Assembly (NCBI GenBank): GCA_001303785.1
Contig: LJUJ01000002.1
Coordinates: forward strand, 3,867-67,866
From: a candidate division WOR_3 bacterium SM23_42
GTDB taxonomy: Bacteria > Hydrothermota > Tepidihabitantia > SM23-42
Reading direction: 5' to 3'
Length of the DNA stretch: 64,000 bases
Shown: positions 28,723 to 38,097 of the stretch, in pieces
Position numbering within the stretch: the first letter of the stretch is position 1
How the letters are laid out: every line of letters begins with the position of its first letter
Made by a program: the position numbers and the translations under genes
Notes under the pieces: generated by a model
What the model was told of the DNA's origin: nothing
Databases searched by the model: none
The model's input: only the letters and a program-made list of their open reading frames with translations

Positions 28723-29778
28723 TTACCACAAGAATCGCGTAACAAGGTTATGCCACTCCTCGTCGCTCAATCTTTCACAGAAGTTCTCGATGAGCTGGCC
28801 ACCATCGGTAATGGTCACACCTGTATTCTCCTCACATTCCTGGTGTAGCTTATCAAACTCGTTCTCGAGCCACTCTCTAACCTGCGAGCCTTTCAGCATA
28901 TCATTAAGGTCGCTTGATGGTCTTATCTTTAGTAGCCAACCACGTTTGTATGGTTCGCTACGCACCAGCATGGGATTTGACTCAACAAGATTGTTCCTTT
29001 CGATGATTTCGCCGTCGGCAGGCAATGACATTGAAACCATTCGCTGGGCGCTTCCGATTTGCCAGCACGTTTCATCTTTCTTAAAGGAAGTTTCGCTGGA
29101 CAATTGTACCTTGTCAATTGTGCCCATCAAGCGAGCGGCAAAGTCATCGACGCCGATCTTAAGCAGCTCGCCCTCGACCTTGACCCATATATGATTCGGG
29201 AGGTAGTGGAAATCTTCGTTAATCGTGAATCCCTTGACTGTTCTAACACGTTTTGCCGCACGCTGACGTCTCTTCTGAAGTGCGCGATTCGCATCCATCG
29301 TATCTTGTATATACTGGTCCACTGTACAGTGCCAGCACTCGTAATTATTGGGGCAGATCTTATACGAGAAATCGCCAGTAAGCATGTATCGGCACTTCCG
29401 CTCTGATGCCGGCAGCTGACGTAACTTCGCGATTGCCTGCACGACCATTGACGATCCTGAGCCCTCTTGTTCGGTCAACGACTTGTCGAACTCACAATTC
29501 TTGCAATCATAATTCTTTGTGCACATTCGATATTCAATAACACCTGCTTTCATCCAAATGCACGGCTTTAGCTCTGCCGATGCTCCAGGCTCTTGAATTC
29601 TCGGGGTCATGATATCCTCCTTTTCATTATGAGCCACGAATTCCCGATACACAGCACACTCCTGATAGTGCGCATCACACATGTTCTGTAAGGCAGGGTC
29701 ACCTTTTGGTACCATCTTCTTGACCTTGCACGCGTTGCAATATGCAACGATGATTTCTTCCAAAAAAGGACATTTCAT
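28723..29778 (-). CDS. Cys-rich protein with C-terminal glycine-cleavage H-protein-like (lipoyl/biotinyl-fold) domain
   Basis: AGGAGA RBS before MKCPFLEE. At least 14 Cys in the N-terminal 180 aa, with CxxC pairs CNAC, CKNC, CWHC. C-terminal block NHIWVKVEGELLKIGVDDFAARLMGTIDKVQL resembles GcvH. Confidence 0.6.
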   Translation of the reverse strand: MKCPFLEEIIVAYCNACKVKKMVPKGDPALQNMCDAHYQECAVYREFVAHNEKEDIMTPRIQEPGASAELKPCIWMKAGVIEYRMCTKNYDCKNCEFDKSLTEQEGSGSSMVVQAIAKLRQLPASERKCRYMLTGDFSYKICPNNYECWHCTVDQYIQDTMDANRALQKRRQRAAKRVRTVKGFTINEDFHYLPNHIWVKVEGELLKIGVDDFAARLMGTIDKVQLSSETSFKKDETCWQIGSAQRMVSMSLPADGEIIERNNLVESNPMLVRSEPYKRGWLLKIRPSSDLNDMLKGSQVREWLENEFDKLHQECEENTGVTITDGGQLIENFCERLSDEEWHNLVTRFLW

Positions 29779-29803
29779 ATTCATCTCCTGTAAGCGGTGT
29801 AAG

Positions 29804-29819
29804 TGCAATGTTCGTGCCA
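29804..29819 (-). promoter_or_regulatory. sigma-54 (-24/-12) promoter, TGGCAC-gaaca-TTGCA
   Basis: The minus-strand sequence TGGCACGAACATTGCA is an exact match to the RpoN consensus. It lies about 25 nt upstream of the ATG of 28723..29778 and just downstream of the NtrC-family regulator gene. Confidence 0.75.
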
Positions 29820-29985
29820 GGTGCATTATTGAAAATGGCCTGAAATATCGGGATTTTATGTGTTATTTTTAAAAATTTGTTTGAGGGAAAGTGTATATTT
29901 TAGTAACAACTAAAAGTTGCCATTTATCGTGGCTTTTATGTATTATTTTTTAACATATGTTGCTTTTTTATACAACTGGCGTTAT

Positions 29986-31338
29986 CTATTCCTTTTTTAA
30001 TTTGAGTTTTTTAATCTTATTGTACAGCGTTACCCTATTTATACCCAGAATTTGTGCGCTTTTCTTTATATTCCAGTTGCATGACTGCAATACGTTTCTG
30101 ATGTGTTGCTTCTCGAGCTGCGTTAAGGACTCAAGCGAGGCATGTTGTTTGATTTTTCTTGGTTTGATTGCCATGTGTTGCGGCAAATCATGTTTTTGTA
30201 TTTCGAGTCCCTGCGCAACGACCACTGCATGCTCGATGGTATTCTCAAGCTGCCTGACGTTACCAGGCCAGTTGTATTCCATAAAGTATTTCATTGTTGC
30301 ATCTGATATGCTCTCGACCTTCTTGCCGGTCTCAAGGCTGTATTTTTCTAAGAAGTGTTCGGCCAATATCGGGATGTCTTCCTTTCTTTCTCTCAGCGGC
30401 GGTGCTGTAATGGTGATTACGTTGAGTCGATAATACAGATCCTCGCGGAATTCTCCGCGGGCTACCATATCATCGATATCTTTGTTCGTAGCCACGAGTA
30501 TACGTACATCCACTCTGATCAACTCCTTGCCGGCTATTCTGCGGAATTCTCTCTCCTGCAAGAATCTCAGCAGGTCGACCTGGGTCTGCTGGCTGACATC
30601 GCCGATTTCATCAAGAAAAAGCGTGCCCTTGTTAGCCATTTCGATACGTCCTTTATGTTGGGCAACGGCACCGGTGAACGCGCCCTTTTCGTAACCGAAT
30701 AACTCGGCGCTGAGTAGCGATTCGGGTATTGCTCCGCATGCTGTAGCAATAAAGGGGTGTTTTTTTCTTGGACTCAATTCATGTATTGCACGCGCGACAA
30801 GTTCTTTGCCCGTCCCGCTTTCTCCGGTAATCATCACTGTAGACTTTGTAGGCGCTACCGTTCTTATCATTTCAATGACCTGGAGCATTTTGGTGCTTTT
30901 GCCGATGAGATCATGAACTTTAAACCGCTTGGTAAGTGCTCTGCGAAGACGCACGTTCTCTTTTATGAGACGTTGATGCTCGACGAGTTTCTTGATGATC
31001 AGGCTTATTTCCTCGGGATTGAATGGTTTGACAACATAATCTGCTGCTCCTGATTTCATGGCCATTACCGCAGTATCAACTGTAGCGTAGGCAGTGACGA
31101 TGATCACCGGTAGACCGGGCTTCAACTTGTGTAATCTCTTCAAAACCTCAAGCCCATCGATCTTTGGCATTTTGAGATCTACGACAGCAAGATCCCATTC
31201 CTCACTCTTAACCTTGTCGATCGCTGTGTATCCATCCGCCACTGCCATAACATCGTACCCATCTTCCATGAGCCAGTCAGTGAGCGAAGATCTCATGATT
31301 GCTTCATCATCGACGACTAAAATCCTACTTTTGCCCAT
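29986..31338 (-). CDS. sigma-54-dependent response regulator, NtrC family
   Basis: Receiver domain ILVVDDE...D. AAA+ sigma-54 interaction domain GESGTGKELVARAIH with a GAFTGA-type loop. C-terminal Fis-type HTH. Confidence 0.85.
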   Translation of the reverse strand: MGKSRILVVDDEAIMRSSLTDWLMEDGYDVMAVADGYTAIDKVKSEEWDLAVVDLKMPKIDGLEVLKRLHKLKPGLPVIIVTAYATVDTAVMAMKSGAADYVVKPFNPEEISLIIKKLVEHQRLIKENVRLRRALTKRFKVHDLIGKSTKMLQVIEMIRTVAPTKSTVMITGESGTGKELVARAIHELSPRKKHPFIATACGAIPESLLSAELFGYEKGAFTGAVAQHKGRIEMANKGTLFLDEIGDVSQQTQVDLLRFLQEREFRRIAGKELIRVDVRILVATNKDIDDMVARGEFREDLYYRLNVITITAPPLRERKEDIPILAEHFLEKYSLETGKKVESISDATMKYFMEYNWPGNVRQLENTIEHAVVVAQGLEIQKHDLPQHMAIKPRKIKQHASLESLTQLEKQHIRNVLQSCNWNIKKSAQILGINRVTLYNKIKKLKLKKE

Positions 31339-31879
31339 GTTCCTCCTTTCTCATTCTATCCATGAAAAAATCATGGCATTTGATGCAGTAATGACTTTGT
31401 TTGTTATCTATGTTCAGAATATTATTTGAGAAATACATGACACACTGCTTTCTGCTACAGTGGACCAGACCGTAACAATGTCCGAGTTCGTGCAGACTCT
31501 CTTTGCATAGTCTTTGTAGCAGCAGTCTGTCGTTTCTCGGTAGACTATAGAATTCCTGTTTCAACCTATTTGTCGAAACCACGGCAATCTTCCCATCCAG
31601 TTGTGCTTCACCGTAGACAAACGTGAGTATGGGTGTGCATAAATCGACATCTGTTACACAAATCATTTTTTCGCAATCGTCACGGAGATCACGCATGAGC
31701 GTCTCTATGATCTTCCTTGCATAGTATTGGTTTCTTTTAGGTTCAAAGGCAAGCAGCGGATAGTCGGCAGTGTGTAAGTATTTCACCTGTCGCTGGAACA
31801 AATCACTCAACGTGGAGATAAGGCCATCACGCACGTAATCCTGTACTGAACCAATGGTCTGGACATATACGCTACTCAT
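31325..31879 (-). CDS. archaemetzincin-like zinc metallopeptidase (M54)
   Basis: HELGHCYGLVHC...C...C motif, matching the HExxHxxGxxHC family signature plus the Cys4 region. Overlaps the regulator gene by 14 nt, suggesting an operon. Confidence 0.7.
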   Translation of the reverse strand: MSSVYVQTIGSVQDYVRDGLISTLSDLFQRQVKYLHTADYPLLAFEPKRNQYYARKIIETLMRDLRDDCEKMICVTDVDLCTPILTFVYGEAQLDGKIAVVSTNRLKQEFYSLPRNDRLLLQRLCKESLHELGHCYGLVHCSRKQCVMYFSNNILNIDNKQSHYCIKCHDFFMDRMRKEEHGQK

Positions 31880-31887
31880 TCGCACAT

Positions 31888-31915
31888 ATTATACCCTGAT
31901 CAATGAAAATGTCAA
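31888..31915 (-). promoter_or_regulatory. sigma-70 promoter TTGACA-16-TATAAT for the archaemetzincin-regulator operon (near-leaderless)
   Basis: The minus strand reads TTGACAttttcattgatcagggTATAAT. The ATG at 31879 lies about 9 nt past the -10. Confidence 0.5.
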
Positions 31916-31964
31916 TTTTTTTGACATGTGTTTACTAATTAAACACCCGCATTATGACGTTAGC

Positions 31965-31992
31965 TTGACAAACCGGATATTGGAGGTAAAAT
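31965..31992 (+). promoter_or_regulatory. putative sigma-70 promoter TTGACA-16-TAAAAT for the histidine kinase gene
   Basis: ttgacaaaccggatattggaggtaaaat. The predicted TSS falls near the ORF's GTG at 31999, so the true start of the kinase gene is uncertain. Confidence 0.4.
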
Positions 31993-31998
31993 AGAGCT

Positions 31999-33135
31999 GT
32001 GAAGAAGCGCAAGAATAAAGGGCAGAAGAGGAAGGAAGTCATTGGCTTCGATGTCAGTATGATGCGTCCTTTCATGGAGGGTTTGCTTAAGAACATGGAA
32101 GGCGGTATCTTTGCCATTGACCTTAATCGGAAAATCATCTTTTTCACAAAAGCAGCTGAATGGATTACTGGCTATTGTCTCGACGAAGTGCTCGGTAAGA
32201 AGTGCCGCGATATTTTCAAGAGCGATACATGTAATGAGGAGTGTCCGTTTGACAAGGTACTTAAGAAAAATATACCCGTCCACATGAGAAATGTTACAAT
32301 AACCGGCAAATACGGTCTTAAAATACTGACCTCCAGGTCGTTTTTCAGGCTAGACGATGTCCACGGTAACACGAGAGGTATTGCCATTATTTTCCGTGAC
32401 ATCACCGAGTTGCAGAATTTGAGACAGCAAGTCATACAATCAGAAAAATTGGCCGTGATGGGGCAGTTAGCAGCTGGTGTTGCGCATGAGATCAACAACC
32501 CAATAAATGGTATAATCACCTACCTGCATTTGATGCTTAAACAACTGGCTGAGAAGAAAATGGACCCAGAGGTCTGGGAGAAAAACCTAAGACTTGTTGA
32601 ACGCGAAACAATCAGAATTGGGCGTTTGGTGCGTAATCTTTTGAACTTCTCGAGGAAAACTGAACCTGAACTCGGGTCGGTCAATCTTAAGAGACTTTTG
32701 AACGAAACACTGCCCGTATTGGAGGATCAGTTCTTGATCAAGAATATTAAAATCTCTGAGAAATGTGAGGATGAAATCCCTGACGTACTCGGAGATCATT
32801 CTCAGTTACAGCAGGTCGTGATGAACCTGATCGTCAATGCGATACAGGCCGTCGACAATGGAGGATGCATTGATGTCGCCCTCGCAGCTGAGGGTGCAAA
32901 AGGCAGTGAATGCTTTGTCGCCCTTGAAATCAAAGATAATGGTGTTGGGATTCCAGAAGAGGATCTAGAGAATATCTTTGATCCCTTTTATACTACGAAG
33001 ACAGGAGAAAAAGGCGGCGTTGGTCTTGGGCTTTCAATTGCGAAGCAGATTATCAAGGCGCACCACGGCCGCATAAGAATTCAAAGCAAAGTAGGCAAAG
33101 GCACGACTGTGTCTATCCGTCTACCGACACCCTAG
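31999..33135 (+). CDS. PAS-domain sensor histidine kinase
   Basis: HisKA H-box GVAHEINNPINGI and HATPase_c blocks (NLIVNAIQA, DNGVGIPEE, GGVGLGLSIAKQI). Divergent from the NtrC-family regulator. The start may instead be ATG 32060. Confidence 0.7.
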   Translation: MKKRKNKGQKRKEVIGFDVSMMRPFMEGLLKNMEGGIFAIDLNRKIIFFTKAAEWITGYCLDEVLGKKCRDIFKSDTCNEECPFDKVLKKNIPVHMRNVTITGKYGLKILTSRSFFRLDDVHGNTRGIAIIFRDITELQNLRQQVIQSEKLAVMGQLAAGVAHEINNPINGIITYLHLMLKQLAEKKMDPEVWEKNLRLVERETIRIGRLVRNLLNFSRKTEPELGSVNLKRLLNETLPVLEDQFLIKNIKISEKCEDEIPDVLGDHSQLQQVVMNLIVNAIQAVDNGGCIDVALAAEGAKGSECFVALEIKDNGVGIPEEDLENIFDPFYTTKTGEKGGVGLGLSIAKQIIKAHHGRIRIQSKVGKGTTVSIRLPTP

Positions 33136-33368
33136 CGTAAACGTACTGCGTCAGGCGACAATCTACTGTATAGTAAGCAGTATGTACTAAGTAGTAAGTA
33201 GAAATAACGTACTGCATAACACGCAGGGCAAAACAAAATACAGCGTATCAGAAGATCGAGAGAACGGCGTACGGCGCGAAGGAACAGTGTTGATATTTTT
33301 TGCCTCTTGGTTATAATGTGTTACTATTTTAATGAAAGTGGCACGAAAAAAATGTGAGAGGAGGCAAT

Positions 33369-34010
33369 GTGCGAGAACTTCTACGATACGCTACTATTTG
33401 CTTGGCGCTACCCTTCATGAGTGGGCTTTATGCTGCTCGGCCGTTTGCCACGGACGATGCCAGTACTGTAGCCCACGGCATACATGAACTGGAATTCGGT
33501 TGTGATTTCTGGTCTGAGCAGGCAGCGCTCGGACTGGGATTCAAACACGGCATAACAGACCGTATGGATTTGGGCATTGGGACCGGGTGCGTAATATTGC
33601 CAGAGCAAGATAACGGTTTCGAAGGTGCGGAACTGGCTCTGAAATTTGCCATTATTCCCGATTTTATTGCTGCTTCGCTAACCGGTAGTTTTGGCGAAGC
33701 AGCCTACATCATTAACGGAGTCGTTACCCAGACTTTAGGCCCATTGGAAATCGATGGCAATTTTGGTTATGAAACCACCGGCATTTCTGGTGGGGATGGG
33801 GTTGTAATTTACGGACTAGCGGCGATTTTCAACACGGGACCTTACGCGTTTGGTATTGAAGGAAGGGGTGACAGGGATGGATTACAATCCTGGCTCATTG
33901 GCGGTCGGTTCACTCTGGTTGAAGGATTTGCAGCTGATATCGGCATTGCTGGCAGCTTTGATGAAGACGCGGCGATGAGTGCAACGGCTGGCATCCATTA
34001 CGAATTCTGA
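33369..34010 (+). CDS. putative outer-membrane beta-barrel protein (MetA-pathway/phenol-degradation-like transporter family)
   Basis: GAGGAGG RBS before GTG 33369. Signal peptide ...LYAA|RP. The mature N-terminus RPFATDDASTVAHG..ELEFG is typical of that beta-barrel family. Confidence 0.5.
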   Translation: MRELLRYATICLALPFMSGLYAARPFATDDASTVAHGIHELEFGCDFWSEQAALGLGFKHGITDRMDLGIGTGCVILPEQDNGFEGAELALKFAIIPDFIAASLTGSFGEAAYIINGVVTQTLGPLEIDGNFGYETTGISGGDGVVIYGLAAIFNTGPYAFGIEGRGDRDGLQSWLIGGRFTLVEGFAADIGIAGSFDEDAAMSATAGIHYEF

Positions 34011-34150
34011 AAAGAAAATATTTGAGAGACGGTGATTAAGGGGGACGGAGTTGAGGACCTGTACGTGCTTTCACGCACGGCACTCGGTGATTAATTGCGC
34101 CATTTTGTCTGTACCCCAAAATGCATTTTCTGGATTGTTTTAAGTGATAA

Positions 34151-35656
34151 TTATGTTATTTTGGTTATTTTCATCCGTTGTTGTTTGAGCCCGGTTTTCA
34201 AAACAAAATAGTAATTGCCTTGAGGCAATCTCCTGCCGTAGGTATCAGTACCATTCCAGATTACCGCGAAGTTACCTGTTGCCTGTTTCTTATTGACTAA
34301 AGTCTTAACCCGACTGCCTGATACGTCATAGACAGAGAGGTCCACATGCGTCGGTGAATTAAGAGTGTATTTTACTTGCGTCCTCTGATGAAAAGGATTG
34401 GGGAATACAGCAAGTGATTCGACATTATCCGTTTCTCGTTCACCTATGCCTACGAGCTCTTGTCCGCCCGAAAAAATCACCAGCGGTAAATCTGCGGAAG
34501 GTATACCTAAAGCATTGGTTATTGCGGTACGTTCGGCAGAAGTGAAATCGGCTGTGAAATGACCCTGCAAGTCCATAGAGGTCGCCTGAAGCAACGCACC
34601 CGCAGCGCAGTATCCGGCCTCTATCAGTTGCCATCGATCAGCAGTTGCCGCACAATAGACAAAATAACCGGGCGCGGTCTGAGGTATTCGCGGTACTGCC
34701 GACCTGAGTTGCGGTCTCTGGTCGCCGTCAGTTACTCTTTCAATCCGGTGGTCTCTCGTCGTCGGTTGTCCAGAAGGCTGACGAATGTGATACCGTTCAA
34801 CGCCTTCTGGGCGGACAATATAGATACGGCCGGTCAGGTAGTAGTTAGCAACAGCTGATGCGGCCGTGATTCCTGCGCGATTGTTACTTGTGGTGTGTGG
34901 CGTATTACCGTATGAGGCCCACGCAATCTGAGAGAGCTGTTCAAGGCTTAGTTCGTCAGGCAAGAATTGGTTACCATAGCGTAGCTCATCAAGTGCGTTT
35001 TCCAAGAGCACGGGTCCGTCCGTCGAGGGGGTAGGTAGACTGCCGTTTGATGAAATGGCAACGCACTGCGAAGTCACGCCGCTGACCGTTCCCATTAGTC
35101 CATAACAGTTGGCAATCTGGATGCTCATGGCAGGGCTCCACGTGTTGTTGGCATTGGTTCGGGCACTTTCTTTTGGGCAACAGGAGGGTTGGCCGTTTGT
35201 GTCTGTCCAGAAGGAGGTGGCGGTAAGGTGAGCATAATGGAGGGCGGTACCAGCATCCTCGGCAAGGTCACTAGCGACACCAACCTCAAAGGCAGCATTT
35301 GCTTCTGACATGTGATTGCCTGCGAGATGAAAAATGATATCATGTAGTACAGGATCGTAGTAGTATACATTATCGCTGCGGGCAGCATATATTATTCGGT
35401 TTGTACCGATCATTGGTGCCTTGGAAGCCGCCCAGAGAACATTAGCCAAGATTTGGTCTGATAAGGGTCCGCTGTAGCCACCGTGATATGACCTTCGACT
35501 ATTCATTATGATCTCAGATGAAAAAGTGTTCACCTGCACAGGCGGCAAAATCCTCGATTTTGGCAGAATGGAAGTTAGGTGATGCGCTTGGATACGATTG
35601 AATAAAGTACCTGCTCCTCCTGCCAGTAGAGCTTTTATGAAATCTCGGCGGTTCAT
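34151..35656 (-). CDS. hypothetical protein with Tat signal and T9SS C-terminal sorting domain
   Basis: A TATAAT box then an AGGAGG RBS precede MNRRDFIKALLAGGAG, a twin-arginine motif. C-terminal VFPNPFHQ...SVYDVSGSRV...GNYYFVLKTG...KITKIT. Confidence 0.6.
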   Translation of the reverse strand: MNRRDFIKALLAGGAGTLFNRIQAHHLTSILPKSRILPPVQVNTFSSEIIMNSRRSYHGGYSGPLSDQILANVLWAASKAPMIGTNRIIYAARSDNVYYYDPVLHDIIFHLAGNHMSEANAAFEVGVASDLAEDAGTALHYAHLTATSFWTDTNGQPSCCPKESARTNANNTWSPAMSIQIANCYGLMGTVSGVTSQCVAISSNGSLPTPSTDGPVLLENALDELRYGNQFLPDELSLEQLSQIAWASYGNTPHTTSNNRAGITAASAVANYYLTGRIYIVRPEGVERYHIRQPSGQPTTRDHRIERVTDGDQRPQLRSAVPRIPQTAPGYFVYCAATADRWQLIEAGYCAAGALLQATSMDLQGHFTADFTSAERTAITNALGIPSADLPLVIFSGGQELVGIGERETDNVESLAVFPNPFHQRTQVKYTLNSPTHVDLSVYDVSGSRVKTLVNKKQATGNFAVIWNGTDTYGRRLPQGNYYFVLKTGLKQQRMKITKIT

Positions 35657-35813
35657 ACTTCCTCCTGTGATCAATTATAGCCGATTGTCCTGAGGTGTCA
35701 ATTTGCTCAATCGGCGTTTCCTGTGTGAGCTTGGCCCGAAGCATAGATATGCTCGCTGGAATATTGACACGGGAGTAACGGCAGATAGACTTGAGTAGTA
35801 AGGAGGATGTCTT

Positions 35814-36548
35814 ATGATAAACATTACAACATTAATTTTGTTAGTGGTGTGTCTTGCAATCCCGGTCGTGGCTCAGGAATCGTTTGAAAAAGATGTTATT
35901 GAAACCTCTGAAGGGGATCTTGAAATAACATTCATCGGACACGGCACGCTCATATTCGTATTTGGCGATAAAGTGGTCCACGTTGATCCATGGAGCCGCC
36001 TGGCAGATTATTCTAAGTTGCCAAAGGCCGATTTGATATTACTGACCCATCATCACGGTGACCATCTTGACCCTGTTGCTCTGCAGCAGGTCCGTGCGGA
36101 CAGCACAATTGTCGTGCTCACAGAAATCTGTGCGGAGAAAGTCGACGGTGGCGTGGTCATGGAGAACGGTGATCAGCGGACCTATATGGGGATCGATATT
36201 ATTGCTGTACCAGCATACAACGTGGTGCACAAACGAGACAACGGAGAATTGTTTCACCCAAAAGGAGAGGGCAACGGGTACGTGCTTACTTTTGGCGATA
36301 CCCGTATTTACATTGCTGGTGATACTGAAAACACGCCTGAGATGAAGGCACTGGAGGATATTGATTATGCTTTCCTGCCGATGAATCTGCCGTATACCAT
36401 GACCCCAGGAATGGTGGTGGATGCAGTCTGTGCCTTCAAACCTAAGGTGCTCTATCCGTATCATTATGGAGATACGAACATATCGGAGCTTATCGAATTG
36501 CTCAAAGACAACACTCATACTGAAGTTCGTATTCGGAAAATGCAATGA
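35814..36548 (+). CDS. MBL-fold metallo-hydrolase
   Basis: AAGGAGG RBS. Signal peptide. HxHxDH motif LLTHHHGDHLD. Confidence 0.7.
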   Translation: MINITTLILLVVCLAIPVVAQESFEKDVIETSEGDLEITFIGHGTLIFVFGDKVVHVDPWSRLADYSKLPKADLILLTHHHGDHLDPVALQQVRADSTIVVLTEICAEKVDGGVVMENGDQRTYMGIDIIAVPAYNVVHKRDNGELFHPKGEGNGYVLTFGDTRIYIAGDTENTPEMKALEDIDYAFLPMNLPYTMTPGMVVDAVCAFKPKVLYPYHYGDTNISELIELLKDNTHTEVRIRKMQ

Positions 36549-36654
36549 TTAATCGATACACGATTCATAATACAGGATACCAATCAGCGAGCTATGTGGT
36601 GCGGACTCAAAACTCCGAGCGCAAAATTCCGAACGCGCCAGCGTGGCGCATTTA

Positions 36655-37143
36655 ATGACTTTCATGGAGATTTTGCTGTTTGTCATTGTATTGATAATCA
36701 TGATCATCGGATTAGCAGGAGTTATTTTACCGGTACTGCCAGGCATTCCTCTTATCTTCGGCGCAGCAGTTCTGTATGGAATTCTAACTGGGTTTAAAGA
36801 AATCGATCTTCATTTAATTCTCATTTTCGCAGGCTTAACTGTATTTGGCCTTGTCGTCGATTATCTGGCGAATTATTTTTCCGTAAAAAAAATGGGCGGT
36901 GGTAGAGCGGGCGCTATTGGTGCTGTGATAGGATTAATGATAGGGATATGGTTTGGTTTAGTATGGATTGTCGTTTTGCCTTTTGTACTTGCCGTTGCGT
37001 TTGAGTTGATCGTGGGTAGAGAAGCACGTCAAGCACTTACTGCAGGCTTCGGTTCTTTTGTTGGTTTATTATTCGGGGGGCTAATACGGTTCATCATTGG
37101 ATGTGTTATGATCGGAATCTTCGTATGGACTGTCCTCTTTTGA
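36655..37143 (+). CDS. DUF456-family membrane protein
   Basis: LAGVILPVLPGIPLIFGAAVLY signature, four TM helices. Confidence 0.5.
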   Translation: MTFMEILLFVIVLIIMIIGLAGVILPVLPGIPLIFGAAVLYGILTGFKEIDLHLILIFAGLTVFGLVVDYLANYFSVKKMGGGRAGAIGAVIGLMIGIWFGLVWIVVLPFVLAVAFELIVGREARQALTAGFGSFVGLLFGGLIRFIIGCVMIGIFVWTVLF

Positions 37144-37365
37144 ACGCAGATACCAGATTCTCGATAATTGATATCATGCAGTCATTGTGTCATTATGTAA
37201 TTATGTCATTTCAGAAAAGTATGTTAAAAGATAACAAAACCAACCTGTCGCAGATCCTGCATGGGCAGGGCTATGCTTTGTAAACTTACAGTGGGTTGTT
37301 ATTGGGTTATTACATCACAGCATATCGGGAGAAATCAAGATCGATATTCGATTACGGAGGTATGA

Positions 37366-37998
37366 ATGAAATATGCTAAGGCTTTAGTATGGATGTTTTT
37401 GCTCTTTTTAGGAGTATATTTACCATCGTTTATAATCATAGGAATGTTGCGTCCGGGCGTCACGGGGACAGTGTTAGTGATCGTTGTTACAAGTTTCCTG
37501 GTCGCGGCGTTGATAATGGCGATTTTTCTTACTCGTCATGGTTGGCGTCGCAGCGATTTTGGTCTGGTTGTTGCCCGCAAGAAATACTTGATTGGGGCGT
37601 TCGTCTTGGGTGGTATTCTTGGTCTCATAGTAGTTGTTCTTCAACGAACCTTTAGCATTGAAAGTTCCCAAACGTTCGGAGCATTCGCATTCTGGCAGAT
37701 CATTTTGATATTCTGGATCGGAGCGTCGGTTCAGGAGGAAGTAATCTTCCGAAGTCTCATCCAGAGTGTTGTGGCACGAACACTGGGTAATAGTGGTACG
37801 ATGATATGGGGTCCGTTTTCAGCCGCGGCGGTCGTAGTAGCTGTGCTATTTGCTTTTATCCACATTCCAATGGGTATTTTCACTGCGTGCGCCGCCTTGG
37901 TTGCAGGTCTCTTGACCGGTGAATTGAGAGCGCGCAGTGGGAGCATCCTGCCAGCAATGATAGTTCATGCTATGTTTAACATAACAGGAACCGTCTAG
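37366..37998 (+). CDS. CPBP-family intramembrane metalloprotease (CAAX protease/Abi)
   Basis: Motifs EEVIFRSLIQ, FAFIHIP and HAMFN. Confidence 0.75.
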   Translation: MKYAKALVWMFLLFLGVYLPSFIIIGMLRPGVTGTVLVIVVTSFLVAALIMAIFLTRHGWRRSDFGLVVARKKYLIGAFVLGGILGLIVVVLQRTFSIESSQTFGAFAFWQIILIFWIGASVQEEVIFRSLIQSVVARTLGNSGTMIWGPFSAAAVVVAVLFAFIHIPMGIFTACAALVAGLLTGELRARSGSILPAMIVHAMFNITGTV

Positions 37999-38097
37999 CA
38001 TAGAAAGAGAATTGGAGCCTCGATGAGACGGTGAGCCGGAGAAGCAATGACGCAGATTATCTTGATCATTTGTGAAAATATGTGAGGAGGTTTGAAG

